Both the position numbers and the translations under genes were made by a program. The notes beneath the pieces were generated by a model. That model worked only from the letters and a program-made list of their open reading frames with translations, searched no databases and was not told the origin of the DNA. Shown in pieces: positions 14,563 to 29,195 of a stretch of 64,000 nt of DNA; the first letter of the stretch is position 1; every line of letters starts with the position of its first letter. The DNA lies in the NCBI GenBank assembly GCA_964016885.1, contig OZ024746.1, forward strand, positions 76,074,001 through 76,138,000, read 5' to 3'. Source of the stretch: Eledone cirrhosa (taxonomy: Eukaryota).

Positions 14563-15245
14563 TTTCTCCATGGAGGGAATTAAACACCCGATGTAACTAC
14601 TTGGTACACTGTGGCTAAATATTATGTTTAATGAAAAGGTATTATCTTCCTTATGTCCATTCCACCTTTACATTATTTTCACGAACACGTGGTGTTCTTG
14701 GCCAGAACATTTTATTTCACGCCACTACAGTCCACTATTGGAAAAATATATATAGTTGCGACGTCACAACTGCCAAGTACCGGGATCTGTTATAACCCAT
14801 GGCCGAGCTGCTAGGCTTTCCTTTAGTTCATGACCCTGCTAGCATTTCAACTTTTCACCAGACAAAAAAAACAAAAAAAAAAAAAAAACATTGACGGGCC
14901 CCCAATCCCTGCAGGGGCCCTAGGTTTCTGTCTAGTCCACTTTATGAATAATACAGACCTTACCAAGCTGTACCCGCCTTTGCCTTTCTCTTGGACAACA
15001 TTATTGGTGTATGTTCGTGACTGTTTATATTTAACTCGTTTACAAAAGCTGGTGTTGTATTAACAGAAAACTTCACCATTCGACAGACAGCTATCAATAA
15101 AATAAGTCAGACTGAAATATGTTCTAGTATTGCTGTGGTCAGCTCAAACATCATCTAACATCGCCTCTCATAAGTGACAACACTGATAGAATTTAAGAAT
15201 ATATAGTTTGAACTTAGATTCTAATTTGGTTCTACGCTGTTGTCT

Positions 15246-15317
15246 GGCTCGTTGGTCTAGGGGTATGATTCTCGCTTCGGGTGCGAGAGGTCCCGGGTTC
15301 AATTCCCGGACGAGCCC
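15246..15317 (+). tRNA. tRNA-Pro, anticodon CGG
   Basis: GGCTCGTTGGTCTAGGGGTATGATTCTCGCTT-CGG-GTGCGAGAGGTCCCGGGTTCAATTCCCGGACGAGCCC: canonical 72-nt eukaryotic tRNA-Pro with intact stems; T5 terminator at 15327-15331. Confidence 0.97.
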
Positions 15318-16496
15318 ATAATGCAATTTTTAAAAATTATTTTGTTGAATAAGTAACTAACTGTTCTTATAATATATTCAATCAGGGCATTTTAACTGTG
15401 AAATATTTGAATATTTGTTGTCGTGTCGGGCGAAAACTAGTCAGCCTTTCAATCAGCTATATTTTCTCTTCCAATTGTAGGGTGGGTGGAACATCTGAAT
15501 CCTAACGCTACATATGGTCGGTTATTAATCCATACTTCTTATACAAGATGTATGTTATATTAAAGCAAAACAAAACAAGAAAAAAAAAACCGTCAAAACT
15601 GGCCACCCTTTCTAGGGTTCTATCCCAGAACCTCTCTAGAACAAGCACCCTTTTGACCATTCTATTGCTAACTTTTATAATATTGAGATCGAATCCCAGC
15701 TAATAACTTAATAAGCCACTGAAATTAGATATGCAAATTCAATCACAGAAAATGCTTAAACAATTACAAGTATTTTACTTCTCCAGTCATCGTTCATTAG
15801 CAACATGGTATTTTTAGATTCAATATTGTTCGTCTTTCTCTAATAGCACCTCTCCCCCTCATATCACATCCTAACCTATCATCCTAATTAAACAAGGTGG
15901 GATGCATTGGTTAATGTAGTCCTAGATACACTATATCTGGGGGAAACCAACAAACAAATAAACATGGAATAATTACAGCTGGAACATCTTTGATTACAGA
16001 TCAGTTCAATCGGGCTAGACTTGGGAGCTAAACATAATCCAATACAATTGTTGGTGCAATATCTATAAAATGATTGTGGGCGTAGTATGTCCGAATAGTT
16101 AAGGAGTTCACTTCGCAATCGTTAGATCCTGTATCAGAGGAATTGAGTGGATGGAAAATGTTTGTAAGCCAGTCGGATCGGATGAACTGTACCTGTAATT
16201 CCAAAAGGGCCAGCTTTGTTACATACTATGTCACACTGAATTTTTTATTATGTTAAGGGTACACGTGTCTATACAATGTTCAGCCACTTACACTTTAATT
16301 TCATGAGCAGGCTGTTCAGTTGATCTCATGAAAAGGAATGCTCATCATCGAAACTGACGGAGGTCCGTTCCATAATATGATCGTTAGTCACGGCTTTTCA
16401 ATGATCGAGTGTTACACATTAAAGAAGCTTAACTATGGAATGAAATCAAAGACATAATTGAATTTTTTTTAAACAATGGAATAAGTTCTAACTGTA

Positions 16497-18102
16497 TGCC
16501 TCAATATATGTATATATATGCCTCAATACATGTATATATGCCTCAATATATGTATATATATGCCTCAATACATGTATATACGCCTCAATATATGTATATA
16601 TATGCCTCAATACATGTATATATGCCTCAATATATGTATATATATGCCTCAATACGTGTATATATGCCTCAATATATGTATATATATGCCTCAATACATG
16701 TATATATGCCTCAATATATGTATATATATGCCTCAATACATGTATATATGCCTCAATATATGTATATATATGCCTCAATACATGTAGATATACCTCAATA
16801 TATGTATATATATGCCTCAATACATGTATATATGCCTCAATATATGTATATATATGCCTCAATACATGTAGATATACCTCAATATATGTATATATATGCC
16901 TCAATACATGTATATATGCCTCAATATATGTATATATATGCCTCAGTACATGTATATATGCCTCAATATATGTATATATATGCCTCAATACATGTATATA
17001 CGCCTCAATATATGTATATATATGCCTCAATACATGCATATATGCCTCAATATATGTATATATATGCCTCAATACATGTATATACGCCTCAATATATGTA
17101 TATATATGCCTCAATACATGTATATATGCCTCAATATATGTATATATATATGCCTCAATACATGTATATATGCCTCAATATATGTATATATATGCCTCAA
17201 TACATGTATATATGCCTCAATATATGTATATATATGCCTCAATACATGTATATATGCCTCAATATATGTATATATATATGCCTCAATACATGTATATATG
17301 CCTCAATATATGTATATATATGCCTCAATACATGTATATACGCCTCAATATATGTATATATATGCCTCAATACATGTATATATGCCTCAATATATGTATA
17401 TATATGCCTCAATACATGTATATATGCCTGAATATATGTATATATATGCCTCAATACATGTATATATGCCTCAATATATGTATATATATGCCTCAATACA
17501 TGTATATATGCCTCAATATATGTATATATATGCCTCAATACATGTATATATGCCTCAATATATGTATATATATGCCTCAATACATGTATATATGCCTCAA
17601 TATATGTATATATATGCCTCAATACATGTATATATGCCTCAATACATGTATATATATATGCCTCAATACATGTATATATGCCTCAATATATGTATATATA
17701 TGCCTCAATACATGTATATATGCCTGAATATATGTATATATATGCCTCAATACATGTATATATGCCTCAATATATGTATATATATGCCTCAATACATGTA
17801 TATATGCTTCAATATATGTATATATATGCCTCAATACATGTATATATGCCTCAATATATGTATATATATGCCTCAATACATGTATATATGCCTCAATATA
17901 TGTATATATATGCCTCAATACATGTATATATGCCTCAATATATGTATATATATGCCTCAATACATGTATATATGCCTCAATACATGTATATATGCTTCAA
18001 TATGTGTATATATATGCCTCAATACATGTATATATGCCTCAATATATGTATATATATGCCTCAATACATGTATATATGCCTCAATATATATGCCTTAATA
18101 TA
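16497..18102. repeat. satellite, 42-bp higher-order unit (20+22 bp TGCCTCAATA(C/T)ATGTATATA)
   Basis: Alternating TGCCTCAATACATGTATATA and TGCCTCAATATATGTATATATA; the long ORFs here are repeat artefacts. Confidence 0.95.
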
Positions 18103-18350
18103 GGTGAAAGTTCAATTTAAATTGTTGGGATACAACAAGCAAATATTTTTATAACTGATATAAAGCACTCAACAAATAATTGGAGTAAAAATACGATATT
18201 AACAAATGGGTATATCAATATTTATTTATAAAACTGCTCTATATTATATTTTGTCTGATGAAAGCACACCTAATTTAACTTGGTGTCCTTGAAATATGTA
18301 TAATGAAATAAATATGGTTTTATAAATATAGTTTCCATTTGTTAATATCG
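18103..18350 (+). mobile_element. Penelope-like hammerhead element (family B) with candidate 14-bp TSD
   Basis: Reversed tail plus sense HHR arm; TATGCCTTAATATA at 18089-18102 and 18351-18364; homologous to 32905-33174 and 51976-52397. Confidence 0.75.
18247..18310 (+). ncRNA. type I hammerhead ribozyme
   Basis: tattttgt-CTGATGA-aagcacacc...ggtgtcctt-GAAA-tatgta-TA^-atgaaata. Confidence 0.8.
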
Positions 18351-18983
18351 TATGCCTTAATATATGTATATATAACTGTATAACTGTATGCCTCTATATA
18401 TATGTATATATATGCCTCAATACATGTATATATGCCTCAATATATATGCCTTAATATATGTATATATAACTGTATAACTGTATGCCTCTATATATATGTA
18501 TATATATGCCTCAATACATGTATATATGCCTCAATATATGTATATATATGCCTCAATACATGTATATATGCCTCAATATATATGCCTTAATATATGTATA
18601 TATAACTGTATAACTGTATGCCTCTATATATATGTATATATATGCCTCAATACATGTATATATGCCTCAATATATGTATATATATGCCTCAATACATGTA
18701 TATATGCCTCTATATATATGCCTTAATATATGTATATATAACTGTATAACTGTATGCCTCTATATATATGTATGCCTCAATATATATGCCTTAATATATG
18801 TATATATAACTGTATAACTGTATGCCTCTATATATATGTATGCCTCAATATATATGCCTTAATATATGTATATATAACTGTATAACTGTATGCCTCTATA
18901 TATATGTATGCCTCAATATATATGCCTTAATATATGTATATATAACTGTATAACTGTATGCCTCTATATATATGTATGCCTCA
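18351..18983. repeat. derived satellite array (TGCCTTAATATATG..TAACTGTATAACTGTA variants)
   Basis: Same TGCCT core with added AACTGTAT blocks. Confidence 0.9.
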
Positions 18984-19176
18984 AGATAGAAATAAGAGGG
19001 AAAATAGTGGAATTTCCACGGGTTCCGTGGGTTATTATTTGACGCTATTCTGGACAGCAATTAAATTTTGACTAGTCTGTAACGTTTCGGTTTCCTATTT
19101 AGTTCGTATACATTAACTACTATTTCCACTGTTTGTATCTATCTAGCTTGCTTTAGTATGTCCTTTCTGTATATAA

Positions 19177-19362
19177 TGGTTTCTACGTTAGGCACAAGGC
19201 CAGCAATTACCCAGTGCATTACTGGTACTTTATTTTATCGACCCCGTAAGGATGAAAGGCAAAGTCAACCTCGGCGGGATTTGAACTCAGATCGTAAAGG
19301 GACGTAACTATGCTGGAAAGCATGGCGTCCGACCCTCTACCGATACTGCCAATCCACCGCCC
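19177..19362 (-). mobile_element. SINE-A, near full-length young copy
   Basis: Head GGCGGTGGATTGGCAGTATCGGTAGAG through tail on the minus strand. Confidence 0.85.
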
Positions 19363-19397
19363 TTTCTGTATATAATACGTATTATTCTGTTTCTGAT

Positions 19398-19490
<93 letters not shown>

Positions 19491-19725
19491 CTGCAGAGGA
19501 GAAGTGGTAGGTGCGTCGCATTAACATACGGCGTTTCTAGGTCATTCATTAAAAAAAAAATCTAGTAGAGTCCATCTCACCTCCAGGTCTAAATACAGCA
19601 GATATCTTCCAGAGAGAGATAGAGAGTGAAAGAATGTAAATGAGAAAGAGGTCTAGAGGAAGAATCGATCCCAGTACTAGACTGTTACGTTTTTATCGAC
19701 ATTGAACGGATGAAAGGCAACGTTG

Positions 19726-19796
<71 letters not shown>

Positions 19797-20093
19797 CTAA
19801 TTTATACTTATTCCTAATTAAACTATTTTTCATTGGGAAAAATTTGTTCTAATTTGAAAAATTTGCTCTAATCAGATTAGAGCAAACATCACGAGCGCTC
19901 TATCTCAAAATTATTTTTGAAAAGCATTAGAAATGCGCAAACGGTAAAAAAATTAAAACTAAAACTGAATACTAACCAATACTTATTACTAATTTATACT
20001 TATTCCTAATTAAACTATTTTTCACTGGGAAAAGTTTGTCACCATTTTCTTTTCCTTTTACTAATATATCACAACTCGTGTGTTACACCTCTA

Positions 20094-20184
<91 letters not shown>

Positions 20185-20279
20185 AATATATTACCCAGAG
20201 AGAAGTGTGTTACACAGTGAGATGTGTGTAAAGAATTATTACATGTGAGTTTAACCGTTACTGTATAGAGAACAATACC

Positions 20280-20439
20280 TACAGGTTAGCAATTAAATAG
20301 AAAAAAGCTAAGTCAGAATCAAATCCTTAAGTAGAGTTTTAAATTACCAACCTTATAACTATAGAAGGTTGGTAATTTAAAACTCTACTTCAGAGATTTG
20401 ATTCTGACTTAGCTTTTTTCTATTTAATTGCTAACCTGT
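20280..20439. repeat. near-perfect 75-bp-arm hairpin between TA runs
   Basis: TACAGGTTAGC...ACCAACCTT / AAGGTTGGT...GCTAACCTGTA with a ~10-nt loop. Confidence 0.9.
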
Positions 20440-20503
20440 ATATGTATATATATATTAAGAGAGTAAAACAAAGAAGCCTTCAATACATCAAAAGTCTTTA
20501 TTA

Positions 20504-20541
20504 GCCGACAATGTTTCGTCCTATTAAGGACTCATCAGGGC
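20504..20541 (-). ncRNA. minimal type I hammerhead ribozyme
   Basis: Minus strand gcc-CTGATGA-gtcct(taat)aggac-GAAA-catt-GTC^-ggc, followed closely by AATAAA. Confidence 0.88.
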
Positions 20542-20677
20542 AATTAAAACAACAAGAAGTAATATCGGCAGATATATATATCGGCTCTGTTTAACTACAT
20601 TGAGCTATACCTTTTACTGTCATTTCTATAATACGAAGAGGGTGTTTAACTCCAACACACTCCAGTGTTTTAACCCT

Positions 20678-20715
<38 letters not shown>

Positions 20716-20971
20716 TAAGTATGTTTTGAAACAGTGAGCAGGTTTGAAATTGGAAAATAGAATAGCTTTCACAGTATTTTTGACTAAAGAAATTTTAGCC
20801 TGATAATGGGGTTTAGAACCCTCAGATAAATGGAAAAAGATGAGTATTGGCGTATATATATATATAAATTTGGAAGAAACAGGGAGCTGTGTGGTTACTT
20901 GATAAAGTGTATTTAAAAATAAAAGGAAAACACAAACGGGGTCAACCCTTCTTCAGTTGTCTGCTGGAGAT

Positions 20972-21004
<33 letters not shown>

Positions 21005-21170
21005 TAGTAAAAGGTATAGTACCAGGAAAAACAAAACTGACTAGGCAATCTATAAGGATTGCTTAGTTTACATCCTTTCATCGCTGAATCAAATCATCTC
21101 ACCTGCCGCCAAAATCCTCCATGAGGAATTCGAATGAAACGATTTATTTTCTGCCAGCTTTTATTTGATT

Positions 21171-21207
<37 letters not shown>

Positions 21208-21244
21208 ATATATAAATATGTGTGTGTGTGTAGGTAGGTATGCA

Positions 21245-21275
<31 letters not shown>

Positions 21276-21834
21276 CAGTGTGTGTGTATGTAATATTTAA
21301 TATTTCAAGAGCTAAAAGAATATGTTCTTTTAACTGACAACAATGAGATTATGTTACACGTCCCAAAGGAGAGTTCGCCTTATAATTGTGTAATTATTAG
21401 AGTTCTGTAAAGATATCAGCACCGCCAACAACAACAGTAGGACTACCACCAAACCCACCACCACCACCACCACAACAACAACAACAATACCACCACAAAC
21501 ACCCCCACCAAACCCACCACCATCACCACAACAACAACAGCAATACCAACAGTAGCAGCGATAATATAAAAATAGTTAAAAGAATTCTATGTTGTTCAAG
21601 AAACAACAATAGCAACAGTTAAAACAACTGCAACATCAATAAATAACATAAATAATAACATAAATAATAACAAAAAGCGCAAATTAAAAAAAACAAAAAA
21701 AAAACTGAGGCGACAACAATAATAATGTTATCAGTAATTATGAGAGCGATAACAATTGCAAAGAAAACAACAAAGATAACAAATAAACAACGATAAAAGC
21801 AAACAATAATAACAATGACAATGCTCTTCTCCTC

Positions 21835-22090
21835 CTCATCATCATCATCATCATGATCATGATCATCATCATGATCATCATCATAATCATCATTATCATC
21901 ATCATCGTTATCATCATCATCATTATCATCATTATCATTATCATTATCATCATCATTATCATCATCATCATCATTATCATCATCGTCATCATCATCATCT
22001 CCATCGACATCATCATCATCATCCCCCCCCCTACTCCTCCTTATCATCACCATCATCACCGCCGTTGCCTCCGCACCCATCACCACCACC
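21835..22090. repeat. (ATC)n-type low-complexity repeat
   Basis: Degenerate CAT/TAT/CAC trinucleotides. Confidence 0.9.
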
Positions 22091-23863
22091 TGTTTATACG
22101 GACTGTATATACGGGCGTTTGGACTATGCCAGGAGTACCGCTGGAATGAGTAAGAATAAAACCAAAAAAAGAAAAAAAGAAGAAGAAAGAAAAACAAAAA
22201 AACAGCAACAAGTAACAAAAAAAAAAACTGGAAAAATGTCACGAAAAACTGTCATAGCTGCTGCACAAATATTCAAACGAAAATGGAGCATGCCTTAGCT
22301 GAGATGTGAAAGACACGTCTCTGGCTCACAGCCGACAGCAGTCTTATTAGTCAGTGCTAGCCGAATATCCAGACGGTTTTTATGATCCATTCTACATCTG
22401 AACATTACTGATCCATTAACTGATTTTAGTTGAGTATCTGCTCTATTTTGAGCTCCGTATACGTACTGTAATCCACAACAGATGTGATTGTTTGTCATTG
22501 AAACCAGCAACATTTGTTTTCTCCAAAACTCCAACTTCTTGCAAGTGTTGAATCGTAGTTTCTGCTTGGATTCTTTGAATTACTGGGTGCCTAGAGATAT
22601 TATTGATGAGTTTGGTTACAGGAGAGAATAATATCCTCGCAAGCAAACCAATCTTGGTAGGCCGCTATATATCGAACTCATGAAATATATTCAGATGTCA
22701 TTTCGTACAACACATCCTGGAGCAACTTAATTTATGCATAACAACTCTTAGAATATTAAGTACATCTAAAAACTGATTGTCCCCATCACTAAAATTTAAC
22801 ATTATAATCTGTAAAAAAGAAGAAAAATATTATAATTTCTTAGTTTACAAATTTCGTGCGCTTGGGTTGTTCAATCAATCGGCAACAGCGTCCAAAAGCC
22901 CGATAAAGTAATCGGCAAGTCGCAATTAACATACTATGTGGTTGATGATCAATATGTTGGATCAATACGAGGAGAAGGAGTAGGAGGAAGGGGGGTGATG
23001 ATGACGATGACGATGACGACGATGATGATGATGATGGTGATGATGATGGTGATGATGATGATGATGATGATGTGAAGGAATGGTAACAACAGCAACAACA
23101 GTGACAATAATTTGATTTTGTCTCCCGCTTTCCAGAGAGAAATAAAATTCGAAAAACACATCTGAAAGTTCTTTATTGAAAGATAAAATTGAAAAAATAG
23201 TGAAAATTTTCTGTTATCAAATCATCGTTATTGAACATTTTCTCTCAAGATTCTTGTGACGGGAACAAATGCAACTTCGATGTCATATACATTCTCATTT
23301 ATATAAAAGCAATATGTTGGCCTCTTTCTTTCTTTCTTTCTTTTTTTTCATTTTTGATGTGCGGATATTAAAAAAATAAACAAAAGATTAGAATAAAATA
23401 AAATAATAAAAAGAAAGAAGCAAACACATAAAAAAGCAATCTCTTTTAACTTAGCGCAAACATCACTTTATTTATCACATACAATTGCATTTTGACAATT
23501 TGTGTACGCCTAACTTCCTTCTGTCTCACACAACACTCTCCTATTATAGATTGGTCGTAAGTCCAGAGACTACTTCGTGAGTTCGTAGCTCTTTTGTCGA
23601 TAAGCAACAAATTGTATTAACATATACAGTAATTCCTCACTTAACGGCCAAGTTCCTTTCCACCTACCTGATCGTAAAGAGAATTGATTGGTAAACGAAA
23701 TCCTCGCTTAATTCGTAACTCAACGTCCTGCACTACATGAAATCACATTAGCAAGACATTCTTCAAAAGTACAAAACAGCATTATGACTGCATCGCATTA
23801 ACAATTGAAGTCTTTATTCTAACATTACATTTATTCACAACAGACTCTTCCCTAGTAAAAATG

Positions 23864-24283
23864 TACCGATTTGACAGCTTATAAGACGCACCTCAATTTG
23901 GGTAGGCATTAAAAATAAATAAATAAATGGGTTTAAACTACGAATGTCATGGGAAGGGTATAACATTTCTACATCGTATTTTTTAAATTATTATTCTACA
24001 TCGTAATTCAAGTTGTAATATTTTAGTACATTTTTAAAACATTAGAAAGTGTGAAAATAAATTTATTTTATTCATTATAAAGTGTATTAAAATTGTAGCT
24101 TTAATTGTAGCCACCTTGTTTACATTTACGGATATGTTTGCCGCTTAATCTAAAGGCCTCTGCAGCACTAGAACTCCACTAGCCAGTAACCCAAACTGGC
24201 CCATAACCTTATAAGACGTAGGGTGATTTTTGGGGATAGTTTTTGGAAAAGAAAGTGCGTATTATAAGCCGTCAAATACGGTA
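23864..24283. mobile_element. pogo/Tc1-type MITE
   Basis: TIRs TACCG(T)ATTTGACRGCTTATAA.ACGCAC at both ends, TA termini. Confidence 0.75.
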
Positions 24284-25449
24284 CTTTAAACATTTGAATT
24301 AAGAGACCTGTTTCTATACAATTTCTTCTAAACATTTACAAGATATTAAGGTTCTGTTCCACTGCCATGGGCGTTAGTCGAGCTAGTAGGTAAATGAACT
24401 CTTCTCTTAAAGACCAGTTTTCGTTCTAATGGGTTGGTCATAAAATACCTTAGATATTGTTTTAATGTCATTTGACAGCTGATAGAGTTCATGAAGGTAT
24501 GAAATATTTCCAAGTATCAGTTTAATATTAAATGTATTATCTCTATAAATAAATTGTAGCTTAGGGCGCTAAATACTCTGGCGCCAGCTCTAAGTGATAA
24601 ATCTATGATTTCTATATAGTTTATGGCTACGTTTCTTCTAATTTTCCCCAACCACTGAACGAACGTATTTTAAATTCAAAGCTACGTTTTGATGTGCTCG
24701 ACATTAGTACAGGAACTGCGCTTCCGTGTCCCTTAGAGGGAACGTTGGATACGGATATATATGTACGTAGATTAGTGGTTGGGGTGTTCGCCTAACAGCC
24801 ATTAGGTTATGAGTTCGATTGAGTGCAACTCCCGAGAACTACTTCAATCAGAAGGAGTTGACCCTTCTAAATAGTTGGCTTATGCTTACACGGAAGTTTT
24901 GAAAATGGTCATGGACATTGCTCTCCCTTCTCTTATAATCCTAACTTATCGCCCTCATTGTAACCATGTATATTATTGTGTTTACTCGACTACTTAACCC
25001 AGTTACATATTTGTATGTCTTTACACAACTCACCTTTTTGTACTGATCGTCAAATCGCAAGGGGGGGGGGGGCTAAGTCAAATTGCAAGGAGAGGAAACA
25101 GGCCTGAGGAAAGAGATTCGTCAGGTGGGGTGGAATGGATGGTGTAGTAGGTATCGCAGGCTGTTCCCCACGATAGTCCTTTCGTCATCTGTCAATGGTG
25201 TGCAGTCAGGGGTATAGAGTTTGCCCTATAAAGTGGAATGGCTGATGCAGCAGTGGGTATGGGTATTGTTGGATGTTCTCCGCCGCAATGCTTTCACCAT
25301 CTTGTCCACGTAGCGCAACAGCTGGACCTTCAGCCAAGGGTGAAGAGTTTTGGCCCCTCTTCATTTTTCTCGCCCCTCTCTTTTTTAATTTTTCTTTCTT
25401 TTCTTTTCTCCTTTCTCTCTTTTTATACTTATTGTAAATTAGATCCATT

Positions 25450-25628
25450 ATTGGCAGTATCGGTAGAGGGTCGGACATGCTTTCCACCATAGTTACGCCC
25501 CTTTACGTTCTGAGTTCAAATCCCGTCGAGGTTAACTTTGCCTTTCATCCTTACGGGGTCGATAAAATAAAGTACCAGTAATGTACTGAGTAATTGCTGG
25601 CCTTGTGCCAAAAGTAGAAACAATTATA
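25450..25628 (+). mobile_element. SINE-A
   Basis: Near full-length copy. Confidence 0.85.
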
Positions 25629-25995
25629 TTATTTAAAAAAAAATAGATTTACTGATTCAATGCTATTTATAGTTTTAGTCATAAGAACTTTAGTGACACA
25701 GAAAACAATAGCTTTGATAAGTAATCTTTTATTGACATGAATCTGCTTATATTTATTAAAGTAGGAGACATACTAATATGATCTCATTAAAAGTAGAAAC
25801 AATTATAAATGAACGAGACTCGGCTACTGCTAACCAAATCAACCCCACATTTTATATGATTAAGTTGTCTACGACAAATAAGGCGCTTCCTTTCCCTACT
25901 GTCTCTGTAAGCCAGGTTGACTCTGTGTATGTGTGTGTGGGAGAGGGAGAGAGAGAGAGCAGATGTTTATGTGAATGTGAGAGTAAAATATATAT

Positions 25996-26035
<40 letters not shown>

Positions 26036-26125
26036 TCACACACAGAACGAGGGAGAGTGTATGTGCGTGTGAAGGAGAGAAATAGAGATTGAATGAGTGA
26101 GAGTGAGAGAGATAGAGATAAATAG

Positions 26126-26169
<44 letters not shown>

Positions 26170-26189
26170 CAGGTGTATATGTATGTGTG

Positions 26190-26470
26190 TCGTGAAAGCA
26201 CGTGGCTTCATGTTTTGGGTATTAAACTCACGATCGTGAGGTTGATTCTCGGTGCACATTATGCTCTTTATTGCACCTTGCTCCAGCGCACTGTGTTGTA
26301 CTTGTAACTGAAAGGGCCAGCCCTTGTGTTACATTAGATCTCCCTTAGAAACTCGTTAATGGTACTCGTGATTGTGGAATGCTCAACCACTTACGCATTA
26401 ATTTCATGAACTGGCCATTCTGTTGCTTGAACAAATGGAACACTCGTCATCGGAACCGATGGAGGTCCAA
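26190..26470 (+). mobile_element. SINE-B, diverged full-length
   Basis: tRNA-like head plus AAGGGCCAGCCCTTG body shared with 34775-35075 and 53485-53775. Confidence 0.7.
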
Positions 26471-28739
26471 CTCTCTCCCCCAACTCTCTCCCTCTGTCTG
26501 TCTCTCACCCACCCACCCACACACACACACACACACACATGCGTGAGTGTGAGTGTAGGGGTGCGTACATGCAAATGTAAACACATATGTGTATGCCTCT
26601 CCGATATATTTCCAACTAGAGCAGTGACTCAATATTTTTGTCCCACGTTCCACTTCGATTTTAAAAAAACAACTGCGCCTCACCTTGTTCAAACAAAGAT
26701 AGTATATGGGATAGTATTTACGCCCCATTCTGAAGTCCCACGCTCCACCAAAATATTGTCACATCGCATCTTGAACAAGAAGCAAGATATTTAGTGTTGT
26801 CTTAATTGATCTCAGTATGTCAATAGTCATTTTGCTAGAATTTATTTATTTAATTCTTACCGATATGTGATAAAAGGGTAAGGGAAGACTACGGATTTGA
26901 ACCTGAAACTAAGAGTGACGGAATGGACCTCCGTCGCTTTCGACAATGAGTGTTCCAGTTTTTATCAAATTAACGTGTTAATTCCTGAGCATTCCACATG
27001 TACGCGTACTCTTAACGTAATTTTCAATGAGATTTAGCGTTGAGACATTGTGTGACAAGGCTGGCCCTTTAATTAGAAGTACAACTTATTTGTTTCCAGC
27101 TGAGCATCCCACACCAGGGACGGGGGAACTGAGGGGGCCAGGAAGGCCATGCACCCCCACCCCCGCCCATTATATTTTTCACCTTAAACTACCAAAACAC
27201 ACATCTATTTGTATATGCGTTACAATTGATGTAGATGTTATGTAGAGATAGATAGGAGAGATAGATATAGATATAGAGAGGGGGAGAGTTTGGTGGTAAT
27301 TGATATAGAGAGGAAGGTTTCGAGAGTGTGTTGTATATTAGATATAGAGAGGGGGGGGGGCGTGAGCTTGGTGTTAATTCATATAGAGAAGCGTATTGGA
27401 AGAGAGTTCCGTGTAGTAGATATAGAGAGGGGGAGACGTTGGTGTTAATTGATATAGTGAGGGGGGTTGGGAGAGAGTGCTGTATGGTTGATGTAGAGAG
27501 TGGGAGAGTTTGGTGGTAATAAATTGAGATGCACCGAGATAAATTTCTCAAATGCAAGGCCAGTACCCGGGTAATCAGTGCTCTATGATAGCCCTACAAT
27601 GTGCGTCCCATTCTCTAAATAAAATAATTTCATCTTACAGTTTAGTAAGGTGATGAACCTAGTTTTTGATACTTCAGGCTCTGACCACACAATGGACATT
27701 ATTAAAATTGCAAGTTACCCTATACTGTCCACTTACTTACGCCAAATCATATGACAACTCATAGTCCAAAATATATTTAATGATTTATTGGTACTACTTG
27801 TTACTGTTATATCGAATAAATAGAAGTAAACACACACACACGTACACCAGGTCCGAATACAGAGAAGCTGAACTCCCACTATCCTCACCTCCATCTCTCT
27901 CGCCCTCCCTATCTCTCACTATTATCAGCAATTAGGGGCCACGAGCTGCTTTGGATATTTCAACAATGCTGCAATAATATTTAGGGATTTATTCATTGGT
28001 CGCAGGAAATTATTATATACTAACTTTAATGATACAAATGTATATAACACTGTGACCAAGGGCCTTGTTTCAGGAAGGTACCAGGGGACAAGTCCCGCCC
28101 CCCACCTCTTCATTCTTCAAACGTCTATGTTTTATTTTTTGTTTATTTGATATAATAAATTCTTTTTAAGCTTATTCTTTTATATCTGAACTTCATTTGA
28201 ATATATAAAATTTAATTAGCGTAAAATTTTACTTATGTGATAGGGTCCGGGAAAGGCACCATAACCAATTTATGTTCCTTTAAGAATCAACAAATGTTGG
28301 TTTGTTCCCCTCACATTTTTAAGGCAAACGAGGTCCCTGACTGTTACCATTTAAGGCTCAGTAATGCAGCTATTTGATGCCTGTGCCTTAGGCGGCAGTC
28401 TAATTGGACTCAATGGTAGTGCCGTTTCTGCTAGTATGAAACATCCAAGTACTAATCGATTTTTCACCTCGTTTCTGATTACGTCATCTAAATGATGATG
28501 TCATTCGTCTGAGGAAAGAAGCAGACACAACCACAACTAAAATAAATCCAGTTGAGGTTGTTGGATGTCACTAAGTTCGGTTGCTGTGTAGAAGAGAAAA
28601 ACAAATGATGATTCCGTCTGTAACTCTCCGAGAAGGATTGATTCAGCAATGATTAGGCTGTTAACCTCATACTGTATTTTTATCTACATTATTATTATTA
28701 TTCGATCGATAAATTCTACAAGCAATTGACCGAGTTTAG

Positions 28740-28794
<55 letters not shown>

Positions 28795-28811
28795 CTATGT
28801 ATATCTATCTA

Positions 28812-29096
28812 AGGGTTGCACATTTTTTCGGGGGTATGTGGGAAAATCGACTAATTTTTAAATTGCATTTGTGATAGTATTTTACACGTTTTTATTGTAT
28901 GTAAACTTCCCCCTTTTGCACATTTTTTCGAGGGTATGTGTTACCCATATGAACTGTCTCACCCTATTGGGGAAAATCGACTAATTTTTAAATTGCATTT
29001 GTGATAATATTTTCAACATTTTTATTGTATGTAAATTTCCCCCTTCCCTTTGTATTTGTCCCCTTCTTTTGTGCCCCTGTGGCTAATAAAGAAACA

Positions 29097-29195
<99 letters not shown>

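Noticed and set aside
16488-18817. Long ORFs up to 400 aa / possible CRISPR-like array
   Set aside because: Pure 20/22-bp satellite with no unique spacers; ORFs are repeat translations
22295-22808. Complex sequence after a strong minus-strand polypyrimidine/CAG acceptor at 22809
   Set aside because: All frames hit stops early and the short ORFs resemble nothing I recognise; could be UTR or lncRNA but unsupported
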